A stretch of 64,000 bases of DNA from a virus: positions 6,120-70,119 of the IMG/VR virus record IMGVR_UViG_3300037116_000062; one strand, given 5' to 3'. A program made the translations under genes and the position numbers. This document shows positions 18,056 through 27,563 of this stretch, in pieces. The notes under the pieces are model-generated. The model saw only the letters and a list, made by a program, of their open reading frames with translations, was not told the DNA's origin and ran no database searches. Numbering within the stretch: position 1 is the first letter of the stretch; every line of letters starts with the position of its first letter.

Positions 18056-18587
18056 ATGCCTATACTAGAAGGCGCGGGCGTTCCTCCCCCGCAACAGCAA
18101 GCCTTTACTCAGTGGAATGACCCGCAGGGAACGAAACTCATCGCGTTAAATCGCGACGGAACTATCTTCTGCGAGGGAGTTACTCTTGATAGCGGGGCGA
18201 CGCTTACATTTTTCCCCAACGGTCCAGTGATAAGGCGCGACCAACATACCTGTCATTTCACAGAGGCTTCAAGTCCTCAATGCAACATCACCAGAATCTG
18301 TTTCGTTAACCGTCAGTTCTACCCAGATGGTCGCGGTGTCTCTGTATCTCTCCTCGTCGGGTTTGTCTGGAGCGGGGCATGAGGTGGTAGTGACTGTCTC
18401 CTACACTTGTGAACTCGGACCAGAGACTATTACTCTTACCGTGCCTCTGGACTCCCGAACTATCATGATGGAGACGTACCCGCTGCTGTGCCTTGCAGGG
18501 ACGACTATTACTCTGAGCACAGTCTACGCTGGTGGGGCCACGAACGACCCCTATAATATTGACGCTAGATTGGTGCAAATGCCATGA
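18056..18587 (+). pseudogene. Probable virion beta-protein gene split by a +1 frameshift near 18232
   Basis: Frame 1 (MPILEG...GPVI) continues plausibly in the +1 frame (GATNIPVISQRLQV...MVAVSLY) to the stop at 18587. Confidence 0.5.
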
Positions 18588-19411
18588 GCGATAACAAAAG
18601 AATGGGAAGTACCTCGGTAGACACAAGTACTCAGGGCATTCGATTTGCCGACGGAACATATCAGACCACTGCAGCGGTCCCCGTAACCAGCGCAGGAAAC
18701 ACAATCACTCTAGACAACACGGGCATCACCATGACAGACCCGTTCGGAGATGTTTTTCAACTCTCCCAAGACTACGCATTCTTCTCGCTGGACAATAGTG
18801 GTGGTGGTGTCTCGGTTTTCTATGACGGGGCGAACTACGGGGCGAGCATCTCCGACGGCAACGGGAACGCCCTATTGCTGGGTGACGGCTTCGGAAATTT
18901 CAACCTCTCAAACGAATCGGGACATGCGGGGATTATAAGCGCCAGCGGGGATACGTGTTCGGTTTATGGCAACCCTCTCTTTCTCGGAGTTGCTGGCGGC
19001 GTAGGCATCACGATTTCTCCATCAGGTATTTCTCTAGATGGCGTTGTGGTTTCGACAACTCCTCCCACAGCAGGACAAGTCCTAACCGCTTCATCCCCCA
19101 CAGCGGCAGGATGGGTTACACCCGCGGGTGGTGCCACCAAGACAGCCCGCGTGGATATGGGGACTATCGCGTCCGCAACCCCGTCGTTGGTTACCACGTA
19201 CACGTGGCCGACCGCTTTCGCGGATAACAACTATACCATCAATGGCTCCGTCGTCATTTTAGAGACGCCCCCTGCGAGTGCAGCGACTGCGATTGTTTGC
19301 GTCGGCAGCATTGAGTTACTGGCGAATGGCACGGGCTTCAATTTCGTAATTTGCAACGCAGACGGATTGTCACATCACGTCATAGCCCAATTCATCGCAG
19401 TTCATGACTAG
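18584..19411 (+). CDS. Putative fibre/spike-like virion protein
   Basis: GIRFADGTYQTTA and GQVLTASS linker motifs; G/S/T-rich; beta-rich C-terminal domain. Confidence 0.6.
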   Translation: MSDNKRMGSTSVDTSTQGIRFADGTYQTTAAVPVTSAGNTITLDNTGITMTDPFGDVFQLSQDYAFFSLDNSGGGVSVFYDGANYGASISDGNGNALLLGDGFGNFNLSNESGHAGIISASGDTCSVYGNPLFLGVAGGVGITISPSGISLDGVVVSTTPPTAGQVLTASSPTAAGWVTPAGGATKTARVDMGTIASATPSLVTTYTWPTAFADNNYTINGSVVILETPPASAATAIVCVGSIELLANGTGFNFVICNADGLSHHVIAQFIAVHD

Positions 19412-19418
19412 GAGGTCT

Positions 19419-19586
19419 ATGATGTCAGGAGTTCTTTTGAAGAAAGGCAACGCGAACGGGTTGGTGAATATGTACCTCGCCGTCCCCGCGGATGACACCG
19501 CGCACGTGAGCACAGAACGAATAATTTTCGTCCCCGTCCCGCTCGATAGCACCTTCAAAGCCGAAGTCTGCAAGATTGCGAAATAG
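19419..19586 (+). CDS. Small hypothetical protein
   Basis: AGGAGG RBS. Confidence 0.5.
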   Translation: MMSGVLLKKGNANGLVNMYLAVPADDTAHVSTERIIFVPVPLDSTFKAEVCKIAK

Positions 19587-19657
19587 GCTGTAGGAGATTA
19601 GCTCCAACAGCGATGTATCTGAAGTAAACGCGGCTACGCCGCAGAAGGAAAAACAAC

Positions 19658-20848
19658 ATGGCATCACCTAACCCAACCACAGGCCTGGGCGTAGCGACGA
19701 ACGTAGTTCTCACGGGCACGGGCGTAGTTCGCACAGTCCCCAAAGTCGCGGGCACCCGCGGCGTAAGCGAGTTCTCAGTTTCGATTCCGATCGGCGGCAC
19801 CGTGCAGATCACGGCCCTCCCGTTCGATGACGCGGGCAACGCAGTATCCGTCGGCAATGGCGGGCTGTTGGACGCCCATCTCGGCACCGCTGCGAATTTC
19901 GCCATCCTCGGCGCAAGCGCGGTCACAGGCAGCACTGGTGGCGGATCCACCATTAGCGGCGGAAACCTCGGTATCGCTCCGAACAACTCTTCGTCTGTCA
20001 CGAACTTCCCGCCTTCCGTTCTGGTCGCCCCTGGCGTGGCTCATTACGCTGACGCGGTCGCGACACAGGCGCAGGTAGATTTGGCCGCGGCTATCGTCTA
20101 CTTCCAAGGATTGACCCCGACCCTGTCGGGCCTTGGCAACCTTTCAGTCGGCGGCAACGGTTCGACCGCTGCAACTTACACCGCTGGGAACTATTTCGGC
20201 GCGTCAAGTCTCGACATCCCTACCAGCATCACTCTGGACGCACAGGGCAATCCGAATGCAGTCTTCGTATTCGTGGCGGGCTCGACCATCACGCTGGAAA
20301 GCGGCGCATCGGTCATTCTCGCGAACGGAGCATTGGCCAGCAACGTCTATTGGGTGAACGGATCATCCTTCACTTCAGTCGACGGCGGCGTCTCTGCTAT
20401 GGTCGGAACGATCATGGCGCACACGTCTATCACGCTGGGTGGCGGAACCCTTTCGGGTCGCGCACTCGCGAACGTGGGCGCGGTTACCTTGAGCACGACC
20501 GAGGTTATCACGGTCCCTCCGACGGGCGTCACCCCCGGAGTTGGATACACAAACGCAGTGACCTTCGCCAGCGCACCGATCAGTGTCCCCGCGTGGTACA
20601 GGCCGAGTGCACAGGGCAAGAATTATCCTGGCGCATACATGGCTCCCGCAGTCGTGGACGACAACGACGCGAACCCGTGGACGGTTCGCGGGCGCAGCGC
20701 AGGCCAGACGGTTATTGACTTCCAGATCCCGACCTTCGGGAATACGGAAGGTCAGAGTTTGGTGGACGTGAACGCAGTCATGGACGAAACGTTCATCGAC
20801 ACTATTTACGCTTCTCTGCTCGTGACGGTCACAGGCGGCACAAGCTAA
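19658..20848 (+). CDS. Ig-like decoration protein with an inserted DUF3494 ice-binding domain
   Basis: LGTAANFAILGASAVT, AQVDL, ITLDAQGNPNAVFVF, VILANGALASNVYWV and GRALA; the flanks align with ORF 29757. Confidence 0.85.
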   Translation: MASPNPTTGLGVATNVVLTGTGVVRTVPKVAGTRGVSEFSVSIPIGGTVQITALPFDDAGNAVSVGNGGLLDAHLGTAANFAILGASAVTGSTGGGSTISGGNLGIAPNNSSSVTNFPPSVLVAPGVAHYADAVATQAQVDLAAAIVYFQGLTPTLSGLGNLSVGGNGSTAATYTAGNYFGASSLDIPTSITLDAQGNPNAVFVFVAGSTITLESGASVILANGALASNVYWVNGSSFTSVDGGVSAMVGTIMAHTSITLGGGTLSGRALANVGAVTLSTTEVITVPPTGVTPGVGYTNAVTFASAPISVPAWYRPSAQGKNYPGAYMAPAVVDDNDANPWTVRGRSAGQTVIDFQIPTFGNTEGQSLVDVNAVMDETFIDTIYASLLVTVTGGTS

Positions 20849-20860
20849 ACGGAGGCAACC

Positions 20861-21376
20861 GTGTACAAGTCCGTCTTTACTAAGATCATCGACGGCTTGT
20901 ATTTGGGTGACAAGGAAGGCTTACCTGAAGCAGAGCGGCGGGGATATTCAGTTCTCGCCGCCTGCAAAGATGGCTCACCCGATTGTCACCGCGCGGTCCT
21001 CGGCTACACAGAACTGGGCGCGCCCAAGGGCAAGAACTATTACTTCGTACAGCGTGGCGACCACATGGCGCTGAACCTTATTGACGCGGAGACTGCAGAC
21101 TTCATCCCCGATGAAGCGATTGACGCAGGATTGGACTTTCTTAAACAAGAAAGAGATGCAGGGAAGAAAGTTTTCGTCCACTGCATCGCGGGCCACTCCC
21201 GCTCAGTAGGTATAATGATGCTTTTTCTCAGAGCCATTGGGGAACTGCCTGAAGGATTTCATAGGGCGTTGCACAAGTTCACCGTTCTCTATCCAGAAGC
21301 GGATATGGGAAAAGGAATGTACCAACACGTCCGCCGTCGTTGGGCGGATATGAAAGACAAGTTTCTGTCGGCTTAA
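20861..21376 (+). CDS. Dual-specificity protein phosphatase
   Basis: IIDGLYLGD and the VFVHCIAGHSRS (HCX5R) P-loop. Confidence 0.9.
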   Translation: MYKSVFTKIIDGLYLGDKEGLPEAERRGYSVLAACKDGSPDCHRAVLGYTELGAPKGKNYYFVQRGDHMALNLIDAETADFIPDEAIDAGLDFLKQERDAGKKVFVHCIAGHSRSVGIMMLFLRAIGELPEGFHRALHKFTVLYPEADMGKGMYQHVRRRWADMKDKFLSA

Positions 21377-21434
21377 TTACCCGATGGAGGGCGAGGCTAG
21401 TCCCTCGCCCAACTCTAGACTAGGAGAGATTATG
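21366..21434 (+). promoter_or_regulatory. Hairpin + RBS-pairing pseudoknot leader (copy 1)
   Basis: TGTCGG-CTTAATTAC-CCGATG, then GGGCGAGG-[CTAGTC]-CCTCGCCC; the loop is complementary to GACTAG at the RBS. Confidence 0.65.
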
Positions 21435-21896
21435 CCTTACAAAACCAAAGAAGAAAAAGCTGCGTATGACCATGCCCGAGTAGCACAAAATCGAGAAGAA
21501 AAATCTGCTTATGATAAAAACTATCGTAGCACTCACCGCACGGAAAAAGACGCGTACAGTCGCAAACATCATCTTCAGAAGAACTTCAATCTGTCTTTTC
21601 AAAAATTTTTTGAGATGCTTACTGCACAGGATAATAAATGTGCCCTTTGTAGTGACTTATTCGAAGTAACTCCCGCTATCGACCACGACCATTCGTGTTG
21701 CTCAGGAGTTAAGAGTTGCGGTAAATGTGTCAGGGGATTGCTCTGTCACCGTTGCAATACCGCTCTTGGAAGTTTCAGAGATTCTCCAGAACTTCTTCGC
21801 AAAGCAGCAGATTACATAGAAAGAAAACGAAACGAGAATTTCAATGTCCCCATTTCGCTCGAAAGCACAAGCGGGCTACCTACACAGTCATCCTGA
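21432..21896 (+). mobile_element. Endonuclease VII-family homing endonuclease
   Basis: QDNKCALC, IDHDH and VRGLLCHRCNTALG; AT-rich. Confidence 0.88.
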
Positions 21897-22326
21897 AATC
21901 CTTGGAAAAGAGGGTTTAAAAGAGTGGGACGCTTCGTCAAAAGGTAAGCAATTACCTGAACATGTGAAACAGTACGACCAAGGCGGGGTAGTTTCACCGC
22001 AGAAGGATACCTCAATGACGGGAATATTTGACCAAATTACCAAAGGCGGTGACAAACCGAAAAAAGAAATTAAAGAAATGGTGCATACCAAAAGCCACAA
22101 CGGGAAACACATTGTCACTCATAGACACCATTCGCCCGCGCATCACCCTGACGAAACGCACGTCATGAACGACATGGCGCAGTTGCACAGCCACATGGAC
22201 GCCCACGCTGGTACACCGAACGACGGCGAAGCGGCTCCCGCCGATGGCGCGGCTGCTCCGGCTCCGATGACGGCAGCCCCGTCACCCGCGCCTGCTGGCC
22301 CCGCTGGCCCTGCAATGGGGGCGTAA
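21844..22326 (+). CDS. Hypothetical His-rich protein with a YDQGG motif
   Basis: MSPFRSKAQ N-terminus; His-rich core; P/A-rich tail. Confidence 0.7.
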   Translation: MSPFRSKAQAGYLHSHPEILGKEGLKEWDASSKGKQLPEHVKQYDQGGVVSPQKDTSMTGIFDQITKGGDKPKKEIKEMVHTKSHNGKHIVTHRHHSPAHHPDETHVMNDMAQLHSHMDAHAGTPNDGEAAPADGAAAPAPMTAAPSPAPAGPAGPAMGA

Positions 22327-22327
22327 T

Positions 22328-23023
22328 ATGGGAATCTATGACAAAGTAGTCAACGCCGCGAAGGGTGCTGCCGCCGCAGTGAAAGCGGGCAACTCTGAGA
22401 CGGAAGGTATTGGAAGCGAACTCGCCGAGCGCGCGAAAATGAATCGCCTCGCGATGGGAAAGAGCGACGAAGCAAAGCCTGTCGACAAGGAATCAGTCAG
22501 CCCGACCGCTGGCGGAAACTCCCCCTACGGATCCCGTAAGGGTGAGAAGAAATTGGACACGTCCTATCTGGACAAGCCCACCGCGGTCAAAGCCCCCGTG
22601 TACGACAAGGGCGGCAAGATTATCGGGGGAACCAACATCCCAGCCCGCGTTTATGATAAGGGCGGCAAAGTCGATGTGAATGACGGCAAACACCAAGTCG
22701 CGATTCTCAAGGAAGGCGAACGCGTTCTGACTGAGAAGCAGGACAAAGAGTATCAGAAGACGAAGGGCGAGCACGCCGAGCCCGACGCGGACGACTATGA
22801 CGACGGCGGAAAGGTTCACACGCCTGAAGAGAAAAACCACTTCGCCCGCTCTATGAACCATCTGAACGCAGGTGGGTTGCACCGTCACCTGGGCATTAGT
22901 GAAGACAAGCCGATTCCCCACTCTAAGAAAGTGGAAGCGTCAAAATCTGACAACCCACACGTTGCTGCGATGGGACGCCTTGCGGTTGCGATGTCGGGAT
23001 GGAAACACCCCAAAAAGAAATAG
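22328..23023 (+). CDS. Hypothetical protein with three YDxGG motifs
   Basis: YDKGG twice and YDDGG; AILKEGERVLT; GGLHRHLG module. Confidence 0.7.
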   Translation: MGIYDKVVNAAKGAAAAVKAGNSETEGIGSELAERAKMNRLAMGKSDEAKPVDKESVSPTAGGNSPYGSRKGEKKLDTSYLDKPTAVKAPVYDKGGKIIGGTNIPARVYDKGGKVDVNDGKHQVAILKEGERVLTEKQDKEYQKTKGEHAEPDADDYDDGGKVHTPEEKNHFARSMNHLNAGGLHRHLGISEDKPIPHSKKVEASKSDNPHVAAMGRLAVAMSGWKHPKKK

Positions 23024-23034
23024 TCGGAGGATCT

Positions 23035-25026
23035 GTGAACGTAAACGAACTGGTAGGCTTAGTCCAGAAACACAAGAACGACAAAAACTACCAGTTCCGA
23101 GACTGGTCGTGGGAGCAGATTGACGCTGCCGCAAAGACCAGTTTCGATCGAATCACACCCGATCAGAAAATCCAAGTCATGAAGGTCTGTGCAGCCTATG
23201 GGCTCACGGACTCGAAGCAGATCGTCCGCTTCCGATTCATGGCGCAAACAAACCTTTTCTTTCTCTGCAAGCTGCTGGGGACTTACAAGGACGTCTCGGA
23301 CAAAGAGTATGTCTGGACGGATGGCAAGGTTCACAATACGCATGAGGAAATTTGCAATTCTTTTTTCGTAGAAAAGAACCCGACGTTCCCCTCATTCAAA
23401 GAGTTCGCGGCCCAGTACATCGATAAGAAAGAGCGTCTTCTGCTCGTACCCCGCGGCGGCTACAAGTCGTCGATGGATATGGCGGATTGCGCCCAGTGGG
23501 TGATCAACTTCCCCGAAGTGACTATCCTCGTACTCTGCGGAGTCCTCGCCCTGGCGAATGACTTCGTCGGCGAAATCAAGGGACACTTCACGTTAGAGCA
23601 AGGCGGGTCCGCGGGGCTGTTTGGTAAAACCCCTCTGCGCCCGAGAACGATGCACAGTGGTACTGGATCCATGTTTCAAGTCCTGTTCCCAGAGCACTGC
23701 ATCGCGCCTGACACAGGCAAGAGTGATGAATATCAGACCCCAGCCGTCGCTGTCCGAGAGAAGGAAGGCACTGTATCTGCTGCCTCTATCGAACAGAGTC
23801 TGACAGGCTGGCACGTGTGCGTTCTGAAACTGGATGACGTTGTCACCAACGAAAACTCCCAGACTGTTGACCGCATGCGGAACATCAACAAGCAAGTCAG
23901 CATCAACCAAGCCATGTTGCACCCGTACGGATTTTACGACAAGATCGGAACGTGGTACGACACTGAAGATACTTACGGTCAAGACATCAAGAGTTCCAAG
24001 AAGTACGCCGAAGACGGCGAAGACTTCCCGATGAAGATCTACATCCGTGCCGCGTGGTGGGCAACGGAAGACGCGATCAAGCAAGGTAAGATCGCGGACG
24101 AGATGGTTGAGACGGATTACAACTATTGGTTCAACGATCCGACCAACGCATCCTCGCTGACGTTCAAGTTCCTCAACCACAAGCGGAAGACCGATCCGTG
24201 GTACGCGATTAAGTACCTCAACGATCCGACGCAGATGCATGTGATCAAGTTCCCGCGAGAACTCCTCGTGCGGCGCACTATCAACGCGGTCGAACTCCCC
24301 AGCACAGGGATGATCGTCTCCTGCGTTGACACGGCCTACTCGACCAAGACTTGGGCGGATTACACGGTCATCATCACCTCGCTGATTTACGGCGGGCGCT
24401 TCTACATCATTGACATGAAGCGTGGGCGATACAACGAATACGAACTCCCCGCAATGATTGCAGCGACGGCCCAGCAATGGAAGCCGAAGCGAATCTGCAT
24501 CGAAGAAACTGGAGCGATCAAGTACATCCAGCGGGAAGTCTATCGTGAGATGGACAAACTGAAGGTGCGGGTTCCAATCGAACTCGTCCCCCTCGGTCAA
24601 GGCAGCAAGGCCACTTCGAAGAAAACGAAAGCAGGCCCCGTCCTCAGGTTCCTGGGAGACGACAGGCTGCGGTTCATCAACACCTGCCCGTTTCTAGAAG
24701 ACCTGTACGACGAACTCTCCAAGTTCGGTACGGCGGCAAGCACCCACGACGATATCGTGGATGCTCTGTCCATCCTCATAAATCAGTTCTCATCCTACGC
24801 TGACATCGAAGGAAAGATGACGGCGTCCGGCGCGGGGTTTACCTCCGACCAGAAGATGCAGAACGCGCACAATCTGATGCACTGCGACGGTAAGTACGGG
24901 AAACTGAATCAGCGGAACGACGTTCAACTGGAGTTCCCCGACCAATCACCGCAGTCCCTATCAAGAGACGCGGCATTAGATGCGTATGAGGCATCCCAAG
25001 ATCCATTGGGCGAACTTTTTGGTTAA
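23035..25026 (+). CDS. terL: Terminase large subunit
   Basis: LLLVPRGGYKSS Walker A, VLKLDDVV Walker B, VDTA..ADYT and HDDIVDA nuclease motifs; GTG start with GGAGG. Confidence 0.9.
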   Translation: MNVNELVGLVQKHKNDKNYQFRDWSWEQIDAAAKTSFDRITPDQKIQVMKVCAAYGLTDSKQIVRFRFMAQTNLFFLCKLLGTYKDVSDKEYVWTDGKVHNTHEEICNSFFVEKNPTFPSFKEFAAQYIDKKERLLLVPRGGYKSSMDMADCAQWVINFPEVTILVLCGVLALANDFVGEIKGHFTLEQGGSAGLFGKTPLRPRTMHSGTGSMFQVLFPEHCIAPDTGKSDEYQTPAVAVREKEGTVSAASIEQSLTGWHVCVLKLDDVVTNENSQTVDRMRNINKQVSINQAMLHPYGFYDKIGTWYDTEDTYGQDIKSSKKYAEDGEDFPMKIYIRAAWWATEDAIKQGKIADEMVETDYNYWFNDPTNASSLTFKFLNHKRKTDPWYAIKYLNDPTQMHVIKFPRELLVRRTINAVELPSTGMIVSCVDTAYSTKTWADYTVIITSLIYGGRFYIIDMKRGRYNEYELPAMIAATAQQWKPKRICIEETGAIKYIQREVYREMDKLKVRVPIELVPLGQGSKATSKKTKAGPVLRFLGDDRLRFINTCPFLEDLYDELSKFGTAASTHDDIVDALSILINQFSSYADIEGKMTASGAGFTSDQKMQNAHNLMHCDGKYGKLNQRNDVQLEFPDQSPQSLSRDAALDAYEASQDPLGELFG

Positions 25027-25035
25027 GGGAGTGAT

Positions 25036-27165
25036 ATGGATGACGCTTTGATTGTATCTGACGGCAATGCCGATCAACACCTGACGACCGATAGCGTCAA
25101 CAAAGACGGCATGATGAAGACGGTCGACCTAGACCTGTCCCTCGTCGTGCAGTCCGCGAGGATGTCCAAAGCGTTCATTTCGAACAAGCAATGGACACTC
25201 CTGTGGCGCGACGCTGACCTACTGTTCCAATCACCCCGACCGATGTCGACGTACGAAAATACGTACGTCCTTGAACCCAACGTTCAGCGGTTCACGGTCG
25301 CGAAGGTCTGCAACGCGGTAGTTCCGCAACTTTACAAGGGTCTGTTCTACGATGACCCACCGATGTTACTCCGCCCGCGTCCTGGCACAAGTCAGAAGAC
25401 GATCGACGCGAAGACAGCGATGTTCTCGTTCGTCCTCGACCAATGCGACTTCAAGAACCACGTCAAGTGGGGCTTGGAACAGATGGCCCACCAGGGAACG
25501 GGAATTTTCAAGTGGGGTTACGACTGGAAAGAGATTACCACTATCAAGCGCAAGGCGACTACGATCAAGGTAGAAGCCCCGCAGCCTGATGGGACCACAG
25601 ACACTATTCACATCCCGAGTGACGAATCGCCGAGTATTACAGAAACGAGCAAGGTTCTACCCTTGCCGTTCTTCGAGTGGCGGCCCTTGGACAAAGTCCT
25701 TGTCGACTCGCAACTGGCGGTCAGCGATATCCGCATGGCGCGCTGGGTGATCGACGTCCGATACATGGACTGGTATCAGCTTAGTGACATCAAGAAGGCG
25801 ATCGACGACGCGCGCGAAGCTGGTGAGACAGGCGCGGCAATCGAAGGATGGGACTTCCCAGACGACGCTGCCCTCAAGGCGATGTGGGATCGGCCATTCA
25901 ACGGCACGACCAATGAGGTGACGCAAGCCTCCTACATGGAAGGCATCATCCATCACAGCGAGAAGGAAAATCAGGACACCAGTCCCGACCCTCTCCGCCG
26001 CAAGATGGAAGTCCTCGAATACTGGGACAAGGGACGAAAGATCCTGGCCCTGAACGAAGAGAAAGTAATCTTCCGCGGCAAGAACGAATTCAAACGAATC
26101 CCGTTCCTGAGTGCGAACTGGTGGAACCGACCCCGTGCATTTTACGGCATGGGACTTGGGCTCATCGTGGGACAGAATCAACGCGTCGACCAAGGCACCA
26201 TTAACGCCATTCTTAAGATTCTGTCGTATGGCGTCAACCCTATCTATCTCCGCAATCGATCGGAGAACGCACCAACTCAGACCATCCGCACCAACCTCGG
26301 CAAGATCATGTCGGTGACGGATGTGAAAGAATCATACGCCCTACTTGAGCAACCCAAAGTCCCCTCGGACATCTGGGGAGCGATCAAGGAAAGCGAATCG
26401 GCCACCGAGTCTTCCTCGGGCGCAGACCAAACGCTCGTACAGGGCAGTTCGGCTGGACCCCGTGCAGGTATGGGACGCTCCGCTACAGGCGCAAACCTGA
26501 TGGCTGGCGCGTCCGCAACCCGACTGGACGGCCCGCTCGATAACTTCATCGAGCAGGTGTTCAAGCCGTGGTTGAGCATCATTGACATGCTCGTGTTCAA
26601 CTTCATGTCGGATGCCGCCATCCTCCACGTCCTGGGCAAGGAAATGGGTACGGAGTTCCTAACGGACGCCGACAGCCCGTTCCAGATCCAAGACTACCAC
26701 GATGCTCAGATCGAGTACGAAGTGCTTGCTGGATCCTCACTCGCTGCAAAGCGGACGATGGCCCAGAGCATGGTCATGCTCACCCAGATCCTCGACAACC
26801 CGAACATCCAGTCAATGCTGGCCGAAGCGGGCAAGAAGATCAACATCGAAGCAATCATCTCGATGTGGCTCGAAGCAAGCGAATGGAAGAACAAGAACGA
26901 CATCGTTGTTCCGATGTCCCCCGCGGACATCCAGAAGCGGGATGCGAACTCAAAAGCCGCACTCCAGCAGCAACAGATGCAAATGAAACAGCAAGGCGAC
27001 CAAGCAAAGTTCGCCGAGAAACAACAGTTGGAAGACCAAGCAAGTGACAACCGTATTAAGCGCGACATCACCCGAGAAGCAGCGAAGGCATCTTCGCTGA
27101 GTCAGACGGTTGAAGGCGTGCCGAGTACGGGTGGCTTGCAAGGTCAGATGCCGACTGTTGAGTAA
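25036..27165 (+). CDS. Portal protein
   Basis: 709 aa directly after terL; GTGIFKWG, FYGMG, RSATG and a Q-rich C-terminal barrel. Confidence 0.88.
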   Translation: MDDALIVSDGNADQHLTTDSVNKDGMMKTVDLDLSLVVQSARMSKAFISNKQWTLLWRDADLLFQSPRPMSTYENTYVLEPNVQRFTVAKVCNAVVPQLYKGLFYDDPPMLLRPRPGTSQKTIDAKTAMFSFVLDQCDFKNHVKWGLEQMAHQGTGIFKWGYDWKEITTIKRKATTIKVEAPQPDGTTDTIHIPSDESPSITETSKVLPLPFFEWRPLDKVLVDSQLAVSDIRMARWVIDVRYMDWYQLSDIKKAIDDAREAGETGAAIEGWDFPDDAALKAMWDRPFNGTTNEVTQASYMEGIIHHSEKENQDTSPDPLRRKMEVLEYWDKGRKILALNEEKVIFRGKNEFKRIPFLSANWWNRPRAFYGMGLGLIVGQNQRVDQGTINAILKILSYGVNPIYLRNRSENAPTQTIRTNLGKIMSVTDVKESYALLEQPKVPSDIWGAIKESESATESSSGADQTLVQGSSAGPRAGMGRSATGANLMAGASATRLDGPLDNFIEQVFKPWLSIIDMLVFNFMSDAAILHVLGKEMGTEFLTDADSPFQIQDYHDAQIEYEVLAGSSLAAKRTMAQSMVMLTQILDNPNIQSMLAEAGKKINIEAIISMWLEASEWKNKNDIVVPMSPADIQKRDANSKAALQQQQMQMKQQGDQAKFAEKQQLEDQASDNRIKRDITREAAKASSLSQTVEGVPSTGGLQGQMPTVE

Positions 27166-27215
27166 GACTCACTGCTGGGCAACAGGATAAACTGCCCAAA
27201 TTTTTCGGAGGAGAA

Positions 27216-27554
27216 ATGCTGAAACCTTCCACAGAACCAAACATGTTCCGACCGACGTTCACCCTCGACAGTCGCCAACTCGGCGTGATGGCGGCAGCGA
27301 TCAAGCAGGAGTGGTTCGATATCCTGCAGCGAATCATGGAGGAAGAACTCAGACTCATGAACGTGAACATGATGAACCAAGGTAGCGACGAAGCTATCCT
27401 GCAGGCCCATAAGTGGTCCCGCGGGGCGAGCATGTTCTACTCAGGCGTCATGGATCGTCTGCAGGAGATTACGCAAGTCGACACATACAACAACTCAGGC
27501 GTCGGAACCCCCGAAAACCCTGAGACGTTGGCACTACCGCAAGAGTTCGAATAG
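27216..27554 (+). CDS. Hypothetical head-module protein
   Basis: GGAGG RBS; lies between portal and scaffold. Confidence 0.7.
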   Translation: MLKPSTEPNMFRPTFTLDSRQLGVMAAAIKQEWFDILQRIMEEELRLMNVNMMNQGSDEAILQAHKWSRGASMFYSGVMDRLQEITQVDTYNNSGVGTPENPETLALPQEFE

Positions 27555-27563
27555 GAGGAGCCT

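Noticed and set aside
21372-21380. Rolling-circle nonanucleotide origin (TAATATTAC-like loop)
   Set aside because: Only the ATTAC end matches and no HUH Rep protein is encoded in the window.
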